Part shown: positions 48,562-59,111 of the stretch, piece by piece | Layout: every line of letters begins with the position of its first letter | How positions within the stretch are numbered: the first letter of the stretch is position 1 | Translations under genes and position numbers: made by a program | From: an uncultured Clostridium sp. | GTDB taxonomy: Bacteria > Bacillota > Clostridia > TANB77 > CAG-508 | Direction: 5' to 3' | Assembly: GCA_946404215.1 (NCBI GenBank) | Contig: CAMJCT010000006.1 | Span: forward strand, 6,244-70,243 | DNA: 64,000 nt | Notes under the pieces: generated by a model | The model's input: the letters and a program-made list of their open reading frames with translations, nothing else | Database searches by the model: none | What the model was told of the DNA's origin: nothing

Positions 48562-49218
48562 ATGGGACAAAAAGTACATCCAACAGGTGTTAGAGTTGGT
48601 ATAATAAAAGATTGGAATTCTAAATGGTATGCAGATTCTAAACATTTTGCAGATTATTTAGTAGAAGATCAAAAAATTCGTAAATTTTTAAAGAAAAAAT
48701 TATATCTTGCTGGTATTTCTAAAATTGAAATTGAAAGAACAGCAAAACTAGTCAAAGTAAATTTAAATACTGCAAAACCAGGAATTGTAATAGGAAAAGG
48801 TGGAGCAGAAGTTGAAAACATTAAAAATGAATTAGTTAAGTTAATAGGTAAAGATGTTAATTTAAATATTGTAGAAGTTAAAAATGCAGATACAGATGCT
48901 CAATTAGTAGCAGAAAATATTGCAGGTCAATTGGAAAGAAGAATTTCATTCAGAAAAGCTATGAAACAATGTATGCAAAAATCTTTAAAATCAGGTGCTT
49001 TAGGAATAAAAACTTCAGTATCTGGAAGATTAGGTGGAGCAGACATGGCTAGAACTGAATTCTATAAAGAAGGAAATATTCCTTTACAAACTTTAAGAGC
49101 TGATATAGATTATGGATTTGCAGAAGCAGATACAACATATGGAAAAATTGGTGTAAAAGTTTGGATATATAAAGGAGAAGTTCTTCCAGAGAAGAAAATG
49201 GAAGGAGGAGACCAATAA
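48562..49218 (+). CDS. rpsC: 30S ribosomal protein S3
   Basis: [24 protein letters not shown]. Confidence 0.97.
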   Translation: MGQKVHPTGVRVGIIKDWNSKWYADSKHFADYLVEDQKIRKFLKKKLYLAGISKIEIERTAKLVKVNLNTAKPGIVIGKGGAEVENIKNELVKLIGKDVNLNIVEVKNADTDAQLVAENIAGQLERRISFRKAMKQCMQKSLKSGALGIKTSVSGRLGGADMARTEFYKEGNIPLQTLRADIDYGFAEADTTYGKIGVKVWIYKGEVLPEKKMEGGDQ

Positions 49219-49661
49219 TGCCATTAATGCCAAAAAGATCAAAATTTAGAAAAATGCAAAAAGGTAGAATGAGAGGAAAGGCAACAAGAGGAAATAAAGT
49301 TACAGATGGAGAATATGGAATTCAAGCTGTGACAGGTGCTTTAGTTACTGGAAATCAAATTGAAGCAGCGCGTATTGCTATGACTCGTTATATAAAAAGA
49401 GGTGGAAAGGTTTGGATTAAAGTTTTTCCAGACAAACCAATAACTGCAAAACCTATTGGTACTCGTATGGGTAAAGGTAAGGGTGCTCCAGAATATTGGG
49501 TAGCAGTTGTAAAACCTGGAAGAGTTATGTTTGAAATAGCTGGTGTACCAGAAGAAACTGCAAGAGAAGCCTTGCGTTTAGCTATGAACAAACTACCTAA
49601 TAAAACAAAGTTTGTAGCAAGAGAAACTGAAAAGGTAGGTGAAAATGATGAAGATAAATAA
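49218..49661 (+). CDS. rplP: 50S ribosomal protein L16
   Basis: [17 protein letters not shown]...[20 protein letters not shown]. Confidence 0.97.
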   Translation: MPLMPKRSKFRKMQKGRMRGKATRGNKVTDGEYGIQAVTGALVTGNQIEAARIAMTRYIKRGGKVWIKVFPDKPITAKPIGTRMGKGKGAPEYWVAVVKPGRVMFEIAGVPEETAREALRLAMNKLPNKTKFVARETEKVGENDEDK

Positions 49662-49851
49662 AATAAGAGAAATGTCTTCACCAGATTTAGAGAAAGAATT
49701 AGGTGAACTAAAAACAGAATTATTCAAATTGAAATTTAGTTTAGCTACTAATGGATTAGATAATCCTATGAAAATAAAAGATGTAAAAAGAGATATAGCT
49801 AAAATAAACACAGTATTAACAGAAAGAAAAATTGTAGAATCAAAAAAATAA
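49645..49851 (+). CDS. rpmC: 50S ribosomal protein L29
   Basis: [25 protein letters not shown]. Overlaps the rplP end. Start is ambiguous (49639, 49645 or 49648). Confidence 0.92.
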   Translation: MMKINKIREMSSPDLEKELGELKTELFKLKFSLATNGLDNPMKIKDVKRDIAKINTVLTERKIVESKK

Positions 49852-49896
49852 AAGTATGTGAAGACAGGATAACAATATTAGAAAGGAGAAATCTAA

Positions 49897-50160
49897 ATGG
49901 AAGAAAGAAATCTTCGTAAAGTTTTAATAGGTACAGTTACATCTAATAAAATGGATAAGACAGTTGTAGTTGCTGTTCAAACTAGTATCAGCCATAAAGT
50001 ATATGGTAAAACTGTAAAAAGAACATATAAATTAAAAGCTCATGACGAAAATAATATTTGCCAAATTGGTGATAAAGTAAAAGTAATGGAGACAAGACCA
50101 CTTTCTAAGGATAAAAGATGGAGAGTTGTTGAAGTTACAGAAAAAGCAAATTTAAAATAG
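49897..50160 (+). CDS. rpsQ: 30S ribosomal protein S17
   Basis: [16 protein letters not shown]...[19 protein letters not shown]. Confidence 0.97.
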   Translation: MEERNLRKVLIGTVTSNKMDKTVVVAVQTSISHKVYGKTVKRTYKLKAHDENNICQIGDKVKVMETRPLSKDKRWRVVEVTEKANLK

Positions 50161-50188
50161 AAAATAATTTGAAAGGAGGAACCATAAA

Positions 50189-50557
50189 ATGATACAACAA
50201 CAAACAGTATTAAAAGTAGCAGATAACACAGGTGCTAAAGAAATCATGTGTATTAGATGTTTAGGTGGATCATATAGAAAGACATCTAATATTGGTGATA
50301 TAATAGTTGCTTCAGTTAAATCAGCAACACCAGGTGGGGTTGTAAAAAAAGGCGATGTTGTAAAAGCTGTTATTGTAAGAACAAAAAGAGGATTAAGAAG
50401 ATCAGATGGTTCATATATAAAATTTGATGAAAATGCAGCGGTTATTATAAAAGAAGATGGAACACCAAAAGGTACTCGTATTTTCGGACCGGTTGCAAGA
50501 GAGTTAAGAGAAAAGGATTATATGAAAATTTTATCTCTAGCTCCAGAGGTTCTATAA
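50189..50557 (+). CDS. rplN: 50S ribosomal protein L14
   Basis: [18 protein letters not shown]. Confidence 0.97.
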   Translation: MIQQQTVLKVADNTGAKEIMCIRCLGGSYRKTSNIGDIIVASVKSATPGGVVKKGDVVKAVIVRTKRGLRRSDGSYIKFDENAAVIIKEDGTPKGTRIFGPVARELREKDYMKILSLAPEVL

Positions 50558-50630
50558 ATTAAATGCACATCTTATAATTTTGAAGTAATCTTAAAAAATA
50601 TGTAAAATTAGGAAAAGGAGGTAATCTCTG

Positions 50631-50939
50631 ATGAAGATAAAAAAAGGAGACAATGTTCAAGTTTTATCTGGAAATGACAAAGGGAAAACAGGAGAAATTT
50701 TAGAAGTTATCCCAAAAGAAGATAAAATAGTTGTTAAGGGCGTTAATATAAGAAAAAAACATGTTAAGGCTAGAAAACAAGGTGAAGAGAGTGGAATTAT
50801 ATCAGTAGAATGCGCTATACCAAGTTCAAAAGTAAATATAGTATGTCCAAAATGTGGTAAAGCTACTAAAGTTGGATATAGTGTTGAAAAAGATCAAAAA
50901 GTTCGTGTTTGTAAAAAATGCGGTGCAAAATTAAAGTAA
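50631..50939 (+). CDS. rplX: 50S ribosomal protein L24, variant carrying CPKC...CKKC in the C-terminal part
   Basis: KOW motif MKIKKGDNVQVLSGNDKGKTGEIL. C-terminal CPKCGKATKVGYSVEKDQKVRVCKKCG. Confidence 0.95.
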   Translation: MKIKKGDNVQVLSGNDKGKTGEILEVIPKEDKIVVKGVNIRKKHVKARKQGEESGIISVECAIPSSKVNIVCPKCGKATKVGYSVEKDQKVRVCKKCGAKLK

Positions 50940-50959
50940 GAAAGGAGGATTAATTATAA

Positions 50960-51499
50960 ATGGAAAAATTAAGAGAACAATATGAAAAAGAAGTAGTTCC
51001 AGCATTAATGAAAAAGTTTCAATATAAATCAGTTATGCAAGTTCCAAAGATTGATAAAATAGTTATAAATATAGGGTTAGGAGATCTAAAAGAAAATCCT
51101 AAGGCACTAGAAAATGCAATGAATGATTTAATGCAAATTACAGGTCAAAAACCAATTGTAACAAAAGCAAAAAAATCAATTGCTGCTTTTAAATTAAGAG
51201 AAGGTGTTAATATAGGTTGTAAAGTAACTTTAAGATCTAGCAAAATGTATGATTTTGCTTACAAACTATTTAATGTAGCACTTCCAAGAGTTAGAGATTT
51301 TAGAGGTGTATCAGCAAATTCTTTTGATGGTAGAGGAAATTACTCTATGGGTGTAAAAGAACAATTAATATTCCCAGAAATTGAATATGATAAAGTAGAT
51401 AAATTGAGAGGTATGGATATTATATTTGTAACAACAGCTGAGACAGACGAAGAAGCTAAAGAGTTATTAACTTTATTAGGAATGCCATTTAAAAATTAA
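50960..51499 (+). CDS. rplE: 50S ribosomal protein L5
   Basis: [14 protein letters not shown]...[23 protein letters not shown]. Confidence 0.97.
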   Translation: MEKLREQYEKEVVPALMKKFQYKSVMQVPKIDKIVINIGLGDLKENPKALENAMNDLMQITGQKPIVTKAKKSIAAFKLREGVNIGCKVTLRSSKMYDFAYKLFNVALPRVRDFRGVSANSFDGRGNYSMGVKEQLIFPEIEYDKVDKLRGMDIIFVTTAETDEEAKELLTLLGMPFKN

Positions 51500-51537
51500 T
51501 TTAAAAGATATATTAGTCAAAGGAAAGGAGAAAGACT

Positions 51538-51723
51538 ATGGCTAAAAAGTCAATGAAAGTAAAACAAGCTAGACCACAAAAATTTAAGACAAGAGAATAC
51601 AATAGATGTAAAATTTGTGGAAGACCTCATAGTTATATTAGAAAATATGGTATTTGTCGTGTGTGTTTTAGAGAATTAGCTCATAAGGGAGAAATACCAG
51701 GTGTGAAAAAAGCTAGCTGGTAA
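51538..51723 (+). CDS. rpsZ: 30S ribosomal protein S14 type Z (zinc form)
   Basis: 61 aa. [23 protein letters not shown]. Confidence 0.97.
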   Translation: MAKKSMKVKQARPQKFKTREYNRCKICGRPHSYIRKYGICRVCFRELAHKGEIPGVKKASW

Positions 51724-51877
51724 ACGGCAAAATTAATTGAAAACGTCAATCTGCACATTTTCTTATATAATTTAAATTATATTCAGAAAATGCACATCTT
51801 AACATTTTGAATTAATTTTGATTTAAATATTAAAGTAAATATAAATTAAAATTTTTAAAAAGGAGGTTAGTAATTAA

Positions 51878-52276
51878 ATGAACATTACAGATCCAATAGC
51901 AGATATGTTAACAAGAATTAGAAATGCGAATAGTTCTAAACATAAAACAGTAGATGTTCCTGCTTCAAATATGAAATTAGGGATAGCTGAAATATTGTTT
52001 AGAGAAGGATATATAAAATCTTTTGAAGAAATAAAAGATAATACTCAAGGAATTATAAGAATTACTCTAAAATATGATGAAAAAGGTACAAGAGTAATTG
52101 ATGGATTAAAAAGAATTAGTAAGCCAGGACTAAGAGTATATGCATCAAAAGAAGAATTGCCTAAAGTATTAAATGGTTTAGGTATAGCTATAATTTCTAC
52201 ATCAAAAGGACTAAAAACAGATAAAGAAGCAAGAGAGCTAGGAATTGGTGGAGAAGTTTTGGCATATGTTTGGTAA
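51878..52276 (+). CDS. rpsH: 30S ribosomal protein S8
   Basis: [14 protein letters not shown]...GGEVLAYVW. Confidence 0.97.
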   Translation: MNITDPIADMLTRIRNANSSKHKTVDVPASNMKLGIAEILFREGYIKSFEEIKDNTQGIIRITLKYDEKGTRVIDGLKRISKPGLRVYASKEELPKVLNGLGIAIISTSKGLKTDKEARELGIGGEVLAYVW

Positions 52277-52362
52277 AATTAATTTCATAAAAAGAGTAAA
52301 TAATTAATTTTATCCATTTTGAAAAGTTTATGTAAATATAAAGATAAGGAGGAAAACCTAGA

Positions 52363-52899
52363 ATGTCTAGAATAGGAAATAAGGCTATTACAGTACCATC
52401 AGGAGTTGAAGTTAAAATAGATGGGCATAAAATTACTGTAAAAGGTCCAAAAGGTACATTAGAAAGAGAAGTACATAAAAATATTTCTTTAGAAATGAAT
52501 GAAAATACAATTAAAGTTATAAGAAAAGATGATGAACCTTCTAATAGAAGTTTACACGGATTAACTAGAACTTTAATTAACAACATGATTATAGGTGTAA
52601 CAGAAGAATATAGTAAAGAATTACAAATTAATGGTGTTGGTTATAGAGTTCAAAAACAAGGTAATAACTTAAATTTAACTTTAGGATATTCTCATCCTGT
52701 TATTTTTGAAGCACCTGCTGGTATAACTTTTGATGTTCCAAATCCAAATACAATAATAGTAAAAGGGATTGATAAGGAACTTGTTGGTCAGACTGCAGCA
52801 GTAATTAGAACAAAAAGACCACCAGAAGTATATAGAGGTAAAGGTATTAAATATGCTGATGAGGTTATTAGACGTAAGGAAGGTAAAACAGGTAAGTAA
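52363..52899 (+). CDS. rplF: 50S ribosomal protein L6
   Basis: MSRIGNKAITVPSGVEV...GVGYRV. Confidence 0.97.
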   Translation: MSRIGNKAITVPSGVEVKIDGHKITVKGPKGTLEREVHKNISLEMNENTIKVIRKDDEPSNRSLHGLTRTLINNMIIGVTEEYSKELQINGVGYRVQKQGNNLNLTLGYSHPVIFEAPAGITFDVPNPNTIIVKGIDKELVGQTAAVIRTKRPPEVYRGKGIKYADEVIRRKEGKTGK

Positions 52900-52944
52900 T
52901 AAGTATAAATAAGTCATTTTAGAATGAGAAAGGAGAAAAAAGTC

Positions 52945-53304
52945 ATGGTTAAGAAAACAGATAGAAAAATGGAAAGAGCTAGAAGACACATTAGAGTTAG
53001 AAGAAAAATATCTGGAACAGCGGAAAGACCAAGATTATGTGTGTATAGAAGTAACACAAATTTATATGTACAAATTATTGACGATGTTGCTGGAAATACG
53101 CTAGTATCTGCTTCAACATTGGATAAAGAAGTTAAAACGAAACATGCTAATAAAGAGGCTGCTAAAGAAGTTGGTAAATTAATAGCAAAAAAAGCAGCAG
53201 CCAAAAAGATAGAAACAGTAGTTTTTGATCGTGGTGGATATATTTATCATGGAATAGTTAAAGAATTAGCAGAAGCTGCCAGAGAAGGTGGACTTAAATT
53301 CTAA
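52945..53304 (+). CDS. rplR: 50S ribosomal protein L18
   Basis: [46 protein letters not shown] precedes the ATG at 52945. Confidence 0.96.
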   Translation: MVKKTDRKMERARRHIRVRRKISGTAERPRLCVYRSNTNLYVQIIDDVAGNTLVSASTLDKEVKTKHANKEAAKEVGKLIAKKAAAKKIETVVFDRGGYIYHGIVKELAEAAREGGLKF

Positions 53305-53343
53305 TAACAAACTAAACTAAAAAAAGGAGGAAAACAAAACCTT

Positions 53344-53829
53344 ATGGAAGAAAAAAATGAATTAAAGGAAAAAGTTGTTGCTATAAATAGAGTTGCTAAA
53401 GTTGTTAAAGGTGGAAGAACTTTTAGATTTAGTGCTGTAGTTGTAGTTGGCGATGAAAACGGTCGTGTAGGTGTTGGAAATGGTAAAGCTGCAGAAGTTC
53501 CAGATGCCATAAAAAAGGCTATCCAAGAAGCTAAGAAAAATTTAGTGGAAGTACCAGTTGTTGATACAACAGTACCTCATGAGTTTGTTGGTACTTTTGG
53601 AAGTGCAAAAGTAATGTTAAAGCCTGCTGCAGTTGGTACTGGTATTATAGCAGGTGGTAGTGTTAGACCTGTTATTGAACTTGCAGGATATAAAAATATA
53701 AGAACTAAGGTTATTGGAACAAATAACCCAAGAAATGTGGTTTATGCTACACTAGAAGCTTTAAAATCTATGCAGACTGTTGAGAAAGTAGCTAAAAAAA
53801 GAGGAAAAAAAGTAGAAGAAATTTTATAG
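53344..53829 (+). CDS. rpsE: 30S ribosomal protein S5
   Basis: [39 protein letters not shown]. Confidence 0.97.
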   Translation: MEEKNELKEKVVAINRVAKVVKGGRTFRFSAVVVVGDENGRVGVGNGKAAEVPDAIKKAIQEAKKNLVEVPVVDTTVPHEFVGTFGSAKVMLKPAAVGTGIIAGGSVRPVIELAGYKNIRTKVIGTNNPRNVVYATLEALKSMQTVEKVAKKRGKKVEEIL

Positions 53830-53953
53830 AATAATGTATACAAATTTATTTAAATATATGTTATTATAACAAAGGATAGGGAATTTCTTGTTTTAGGTAA
53901 AATTCCTAAATAAGTGTCGACTGTCATAAAATGAAGGAGGTGCAAAGTACAAA

Positions 53954-54388
53954 ATGAAAATTGAAGAATTGAAACCAGCTGTAAGTAAAGTAAAGAGAAA
54001 CAGAGTAGGACGCGGAATTGCTTCTGGAAATGGAAAGACATCAGGAAAAGGACATAAAGGACAAAAAGCAAGATCTGGTGGTGGAGTAAGAAGAGGATTT
54101 GAAGGTGGTCAAACACCGTTATATAGAAGATTGCCAAAAAGAGGATTCACAAATATTCATGCTAAAACATATACAGAAGTAACATTAAAGATGTTAAATA
54201 AATCAAAAGCAACAGACGTTACAGCAGAAACTCTAATGGAAGAGGGAATTATTGGAAAAATAAACGACGGAATTGTTGTATTAGCAACAGGAAAATTAGA
54301 GAAAAAATTAAATGTTAAAGCTAATAGATTTACAGCAAAAGCGAAAGAACAAATCGAAGCTTTAGGTGGAAAGGCTGAGGTGATTTAA
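53954..54388 (+). CDS. rplO: 50S ribosomal protein L15
   Basis: [30 protein letters not shown]. Confidence 0.97.
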   Translation: MKIEELKPAVSKVKRNRVGRGIASGNGKTSGKGHKGQKARSGGGVRRGFEGGQTPLYRRLPKRGFTNIHAKTYTEVTLKMLNKSKATDVTAETLMEEGIIGKINDGIVVLATGKLEKKLNVKANRFTAKAKEQIEALGGKAEVI

Positions 54389-55717
54389 TTGTTTAAAACT
54401 ATAAAAAATGCATTAAAGACACCAGATGTTAGAAAAAGATTATTATATACACTAGTATTGGTAGTAGTTTTTAGATTAGGTTGTTATATAACTGTACCAG
54501 GTGTTAATAGCATAGCATTAAATGATGCTATGGGAGGAAACAATGGCATTGCAGGATTAATTGATATGATTTCAGGTGGAGCTTTTTCTAGATTTTCTGT
54601 TTTTGCAATGTCAATTAGCCCATATATCACAGCATCTATTGTTATTCAATTATTGGCAATGATAATACCATCTTTGGAGAAGTTGACTAAAGAAGGTGGA
54701 GAAGAAGGTAGAAGAAAAATAAATAAATATACTAAAATTTTAACATTAGTTTTAGCTTTAGTAGAAGCTATAGGAATTTATTTATCTTACAAATCTACAG
54801 GAATATTTGTTAATAGTAACTTTTTAACTGGAGCATTAATAGTAACTGCATTAGTTGCTGGTACATCAATACTTATGTGGTTAGGAGAGCAAATTACTAG
54901 TAAAGGAATTGGAAATGGAATTTCATTGTTAATTTTTATAGGAATTGTATCAAGATTGCCAAGGGGAATATCAATACTTTGGAAACTAATCTTTACTGAA
55001 GCAGGATTTAGTACAACTGGTTTACTAATTGCTTTAGGTGTCATTATAGGAGCATTAATTTTAGTTGCAGGAGTTGTATTCGTACAACAAGCTGAAAGAA
55101 GAGTACCTGTACAGTATTCTAAAAAAGTAGTAGGAAGAAAAATGGTTGGAGCACAAAATACACATATACCTTTAAAACTTGCTATGGCAGGTGTAATGCC
55201 AGTTATTTTTGCTTCATCATTTATGACATTTCCAGCTATGATAATTCAAATTTTTGTACCAGATATTGTTAGCCAAAGTGGTTTTTTAGCAGGATTATAT
55301 AGTTTTTCAATTGCAACATCTACAACAAACGTTGGTATAGGCTATTCAATAGCAAATGCAATTGTATATTTATTATTAATTTTAGGATTTACATTTTTCT
55401 ATACATATGCAACATTTAATCCAGCAGAAGTATCTAATAACATAAAGAAAAATGGTGGATTTATTCCAGGTATTAGAGCTGGTAAACCAACAACAGATTA
55501 TTTATCAGCAATTTTATCAAAATTAACATGGTTTGGTGGATTATTTTTAGCAATAATTGCAATTATTCCAATGCTAATTAGATTCTTGCCAGAAGGATTG
55601 GGTAATATAGCATTTGGAGGTACATCAATTTTGATCGTTGTAGGAGTTGCATTAGAAACTATACAACAATTAGAATCTCAGTTAGCAATGAGACATTATA
55701 AAGGATTTTTAGAGTAA
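54389..55717 (+). CDS. secY: preprotein translocase subunit SecY (TTG start)
   Basis: Ten TM helices. LGEQITSKGIGNGISLLIF. C-terminal MRHYKGFL. Confidence 0.97.
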   Translation: MFKTIKNALKTPDVRKRLLYTLVLVVVFRLGCYITVPGVNSIALNDAMGGNNGIAGLIDMISGGAFSRFSVFAMSISPYITASIVIQLLAMIIPSLEKLTKEGGEEGRRKINKYTKILTLVLALVEAIGIYLSYKSTGIFVNSNFLTGALIVTALVAGTSILMWLGEQITSKGIGNGISLLIFIGIVSRLPRGISILWKLIFTEAGFSTTGLLIALGVIIGALILVAGVVFVQQAERRVPVQYSKKVVGRKMVGAQNTHIPLKLAMAGVMPVIFASSFMTFPAMIIQIFVPDIVSQSGFLAGLYSFSIATSTTNVGIGYSIANAIVYLLLILGFTFFYTYATFNPAEVSNNIKKNGGFIPGIRAGKPTTDYLSAILSKLTWFGGLFLAIIAIIPMLIRFLPEGLGNIAFGGTSILIVVGVALETIQQLESQLAMRHYKGFLE

Positions 55718-55767
55718 ATATTGCCATTGGGGAAGTCCCTTTTTGACAATAATGTGATATGTAATAT

Positions 55768-55830
55768 GGGGCATTAAAATATATTAGAGTTTTATTAGAC
55801 TCTTGTAATGCCCTGTTTTATTCTTTTTCT
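55768..55830 (+). terminator. terminator-like compound hairpin after secY
   Basis: GGGCATTA...AGAGT-loop-ACTCT...TAATGCCC followed by TGTTTTATTCTTTTT. Confidence 0.5.
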
Positions 55831-55939
55831 TAATAGTTTGTAAAAATGTAAATTTATATATATTAATATTTAAATACATTTGAATATATTGGTATATATA
55901 AGTTTATACTTAAAATTTTAAAATGGAGGATTTATTAAT

Positions 55940-56614
55940 ATGGTAATTATTATGTTAGGAGCCCCAGGAACTGGTAAAGGTACAGTTGCTAGTATTTTAG
56001 CAGATAAATTAAATGTACCACAGGTGTCAACAGGAGATATTTTTAGGAAGAATATAAAGGAAGGAACTGATTTAGGTAATTTAGCTTCAGGTTATATTTC
56101 AAAAGGAAAATTGGTTCCCGATGATGTTACAATAAATTTGGTTAAAGATAGAATTCAAGAAAACGATGTAAAGGAAGGGATTATATTAGATGGTTTCCCA
56201 AGAACAATAGTACAGGCAAAAGCTTTAGATGAAATATTGAAAAATCAAGGAAGAAAAGTTGATATGGCTGTTAATTTAACTACACCAAAAGAGGAAATAA
56301 TTGAGAGAATAGTAAATAGAAGAGTATGCTCAAATCAGTCTTGCAAAACTGTGTATAATATATTGTTAAATCCACCTAAAGAGCAAGGAGTATGTGATAA
56401 ATGTGGACATGAGCTTATACAAAGAAAAGATGATACTTTAGAGACTGTGGAGAAAAGAATTGAAACATATGTGAAAACAGCAAAACCTATAATAGATTTT
56501 TACAATGAAAAGAAAGTCTTACAAACAGAAGTAGTAAGTAAATCTATTAATAGATTGGGAGCTGATGTTGCAAATGATTTAGCAGATTTTTTTAATAAAA
56601 GGGAGATGATTTAA
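55940..56614 (+). CDS. adk: adenylate kinase (zinc-lid form)
   Basis: GAPGTGKGT P-loop. Lid CSNQSC...CDKCG. Confidence 0.96.
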   Translation: MVIIMLGAPGTGKGTVASILADKLNVPQVSTGDIFRKNIKEGTDLGNLASGYISKGKLVPDDVTINLVKDRIQENDVKEGIILDGFPRTIVQAKALDEILKNQGRKVDMAVNLTTPKEEIIERIVNRRVCSNQSCKTVYNILLNPPKEQGVCDKCGHELIQRKDDTLETVEKRIETYVKTAKPIIDFYNEKKVLQTEVVSKSINRLGADVANDLADFFNKREMI

Positions 56615-56615
56615 A

Positions 56616-57386
56616 TTGGTAACAATTAAATCTAAAAAAGAAATCGAAAAGATGAAAGAAGCCTGCAGAGTGGTTGCTTTAACATATAAAGAAATAGAGG
56701 AAAAGATTAAACCAGGAATGTCAACATTTGAATTGGACCAGATTGCTGAAAAAAAAATGAGAAGTTTAGGTGCAATTCCTGCCGAAAAGGGATATGATAT
56801 TGGATTAAAGGGAGTTCCTCCATTTCCAGCATCTATTTGCGTATCAATAAATGATGAAGTAATACATGGAATACCATCTAGAAACAGAATTATTAAAGAA
56901 GGAGACATTGTAAGTGTTGATACAGTTGCATTAAAAAATGGATTTAATGGAGATGCAGCTAGAACATTTATAGTTGGAAAAGCATCTAATGATGCAGAAA
57001 AGTTGGTAAATGTAACAAAACAAGCATTTTTTGAAGGAATTAAATTTGCAAAAGTTGGAAATAGGATAGGGGATATTTCTCATGCAATTGGAGAATATGT
57101 ACATTCTCAAGGATTTAGTGTAGTAAGAGAGTTTCAAGGACATGGAATAGGCAAAGAAATGCACGAAGATCCGGGAATTCCTAATTATGGTAAAGCAGGT
57201 CGAGGCATAAGGCTGGAACCTGGTATGACGCTTGCGATTGAGCCTATGGTTATTCAAGGAAAACCTAATATTTTGGAATTAGATGATGGATGGACAATTA
57301 TTACAGAAGATGGTAGTTTGGCTGCACATTATGAAAATACAATTTTAATTACAGAAAAAGAGCCAGAAATATTGACAATGCTTTAA
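56616..57386 (+). CDS. map: type I methionine aminopeptidase (TTG start)
   Basis: IKSKKEIEKMKEA..., VIHGIP, FQGHGIG, EPMV, HYENTILIT. Confidence 0.95.
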   Translation: MVTIKSKKEIEKMKEACRVVALTYKEIEEKIKPGMSTFELDQIAEKKMRSLGAIPAEKGYDIGLKGVPPFPASICVSINDEVIHGIPSRNRIIKEGDIVSVDTVALKNGFNGDAARTFIVGKASNDAEKLVNVTKQAFFEGIKFAKVGNRIGDISHAIGEYVHSQGFSVVREFQGHGIGKEMHEDPGIPNYGKAGRGIRLEPGMTLAIEPMVIQGKPNILELDDGWTIITEDGSLAAHYENTILITEKEPEILTML

Positions 57387-57472
57387 TAATGATGTATAAT
57401 ACAATAGTTATTATTCATAATAGCAGTATTTTGCAAAAAATGCTGCAAAGCTCTTTAAGGAGGTAGATGAAT

Positions 57473-57691
57473 TTGTCAAAAGAAGATGTTATAGAAATTG
57501 AAGGTACAGTTGTAGAAGCTTTACCAAATACTAATTTTAAGGTTGAATTAGAAAATGGACATCAAATTTTAGCACATATTTCAGGAAAATTAAGAATGAA
57601 TTATATAAAAATATTACCAGGAGATAAGGTTAAGGTTGAACTTTCACCTTATGATTTAACAAGAGGTAGAATTACCTGGAGAGCAAAATAA
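57473..57691 (+). CDS. infA: translation initiation factor IF-1
   Basis: [29 protein letters not shown]. The TTG start 8 nt after GGAGGT gives the canonical 72 aa. The ORF-track ATG at 57467 is only 2-3 nt from the RBS. Confidence 0.93.
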   Translation: MSKEDVIEIEGTVVEALPNTNFKVELENGHQILAHISGKLRMNYIKILPGDKVKVELSPYDLTRGRITWRAK

Positions 57692-57789
57692 AAAAATACA
57701 AATCTGTTTAGTAAAATAACAGGTTACAATATAATAAATGTTTAAAAAATTAACCCAAATATATAACATAAAATAGAGAGGTGAAAAAA

Positions 57790-57903
57790 ATGAAAGTAAG
57801 ACCATCAGTTAAGAAAATATGTGACAAATGCAAAGTTATAAAAAGAAAAGGGAAAATTAGAGTTATTTGCGAAAACCCTAAACACAAACAAAGACAAGGA
57901 TAG
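57790..57903 (+). CDS. rpmJ: 50S ribosomal protein L36 (zinc form, 37 aa)
   Basis: Not in the ORF track because it is under 60 aa. Sequence [49 protein letters not shown]. Confidence 0.95.
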   Translation: MKVRPSVKKICDKCKVIKRKGKIRVICENPKHKQRQG

Positions 57904-58088
57904 TCTAAAAAACAAGTTTACAACACAAATTTGGATAGCGGCTGTGAAATTTTTTAAAATTTCTTATCTCGGATTTGTGTTTATATATATGTCGAAAATT
58001 TAAAAAGTCTAGTAGTAAACGACTAGAACATTTCACTTTTTAAAAGTAAGACAAACTATTAACAATAATTTTGGAGGTGCAAAAAAAT

Positions 58089-58457
58089 ATGGCTCGTATA
58101 GCAGGAGTAGATTTACCTAAAGAAAAAAGAGTTGAAATAGGACTTACATATATTTATGGTATAGGAGTATCAAGTTCTAGAAAGATTCTTGAAGAAGCTG
58201 GAGTAAACCCAGATACTAGAATTAAGGATTTAACAGATGAACAAGTTAATGATATAAGAAAAGTTATTGACAAATCATACACTGTAGGTGGAGATTTAAG
58301 AAGAGAAGTTGCTCTTAATATAAAAAGACTTACAGAAATCGGATGCTACAGAGGATTAAGACATAGAAGAGGTCTTCCAGTAAGAGGTCAAAGAACAAAG
58401 ACTAATGCTAGAACAAGAAAAGGTCCTAGAAAGTTAGTTAGCAAAAGCAAAAAATAA
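58089..58457 (+). CDS. rpsM: 30S ribosomal protein S13
   Basis: [36 protein letters not shown]. Confidence 0.97.
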   Translation: MARIAGVDLPKEKRVEIGLTYIYGIGVSSSRKILEEAGVNPDTRIKDLTDEQVNDIRKVIDKSYTVGGDLRREVALNIKRLTEIGCYRGLRHRRGLPVRGQRTKTNARTRKGPRKLVSKSKK

Positions 58458-58669
58458 ATTTAGATTAATTATAATTAGCAGTATTCAAATATTTCTTTCG
58501 TTAATTGGATTTTTAATGCACATAAATTAGTATTAAGCTTAGTCAATTAAGAAAAATTTATAAAATACTGAACTTAATTAATTTATAAATATTATGAAAT
58601 TAATAATCATAGATTTTTAAAATTTAGAAATTCAGAATAAAAATTTTGAATAAGGAGGATTAAGGCAAA

Positions 58670-59065
58670 ATGGCAAAAAGTGTAACAACAAAAAAAGTAG
58701 CTAGAAGAAATAGAAAAAACATAGAAAAAGGTGAAGCTCATATTCATTCTAGTTTTAATAATACAATAGTTACAATTACAGACACACAAGGAAATGCAAT
58801 TTCTTGGGGAAGTGCTGGAGAATTAGGATTTAAAGGTTCTAGAAAAAGCACACCATTTGCAGCTGGTCAAGTTGCTGAAACAGCAGCTAAATCAGCTATG
58901 GAACATGGATTGAAATCTGTTGAGGTATTTGTTAAGGGACCAGGTGCTGGTAGAGAAGCTGCAATTAGAGCTCTTCAGACAGCTGGACTTGAAATAAGTG
59001 CAATTAAAGATGTAACACCAATACCACATAATGGTTGTAGACCACCAAAAAGAAGAAGAGTTTAA
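58670..59065 (+). CDS. rpsK: 30S ribosomal protein S11
   Basis: [24 protein letters not shown]...[15 protein letters not shown]. Confidence 0.97.
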   Translation: MAKSVTTKKVARRNRKNIEKGEAHIHSSFNNTIVTITDTQGNAISWGSAGELGFKGSRKSTPFAAGQVAETAAKSAMEHGLKSVEVFVKGPGAGREAAIRALQTAGLEISAIKDVTPIPHNGCRPPKRRRV

Positions 59066-59111
59066 TTATAATATAATAAATAGGTCGTTAAGATGAGAAA
59101 GGAGTTTAAAA

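Noticed and set aside
52197-53510. Series of minus-strand ORFs (52197-52586, 52681-52989, 52914-53204, 53301-53510) inside rpsH, rplF, rplR and rpsE
   Set aside because: They are antisense shadows of highly conserved ribosomal protein genes and have no independent support.
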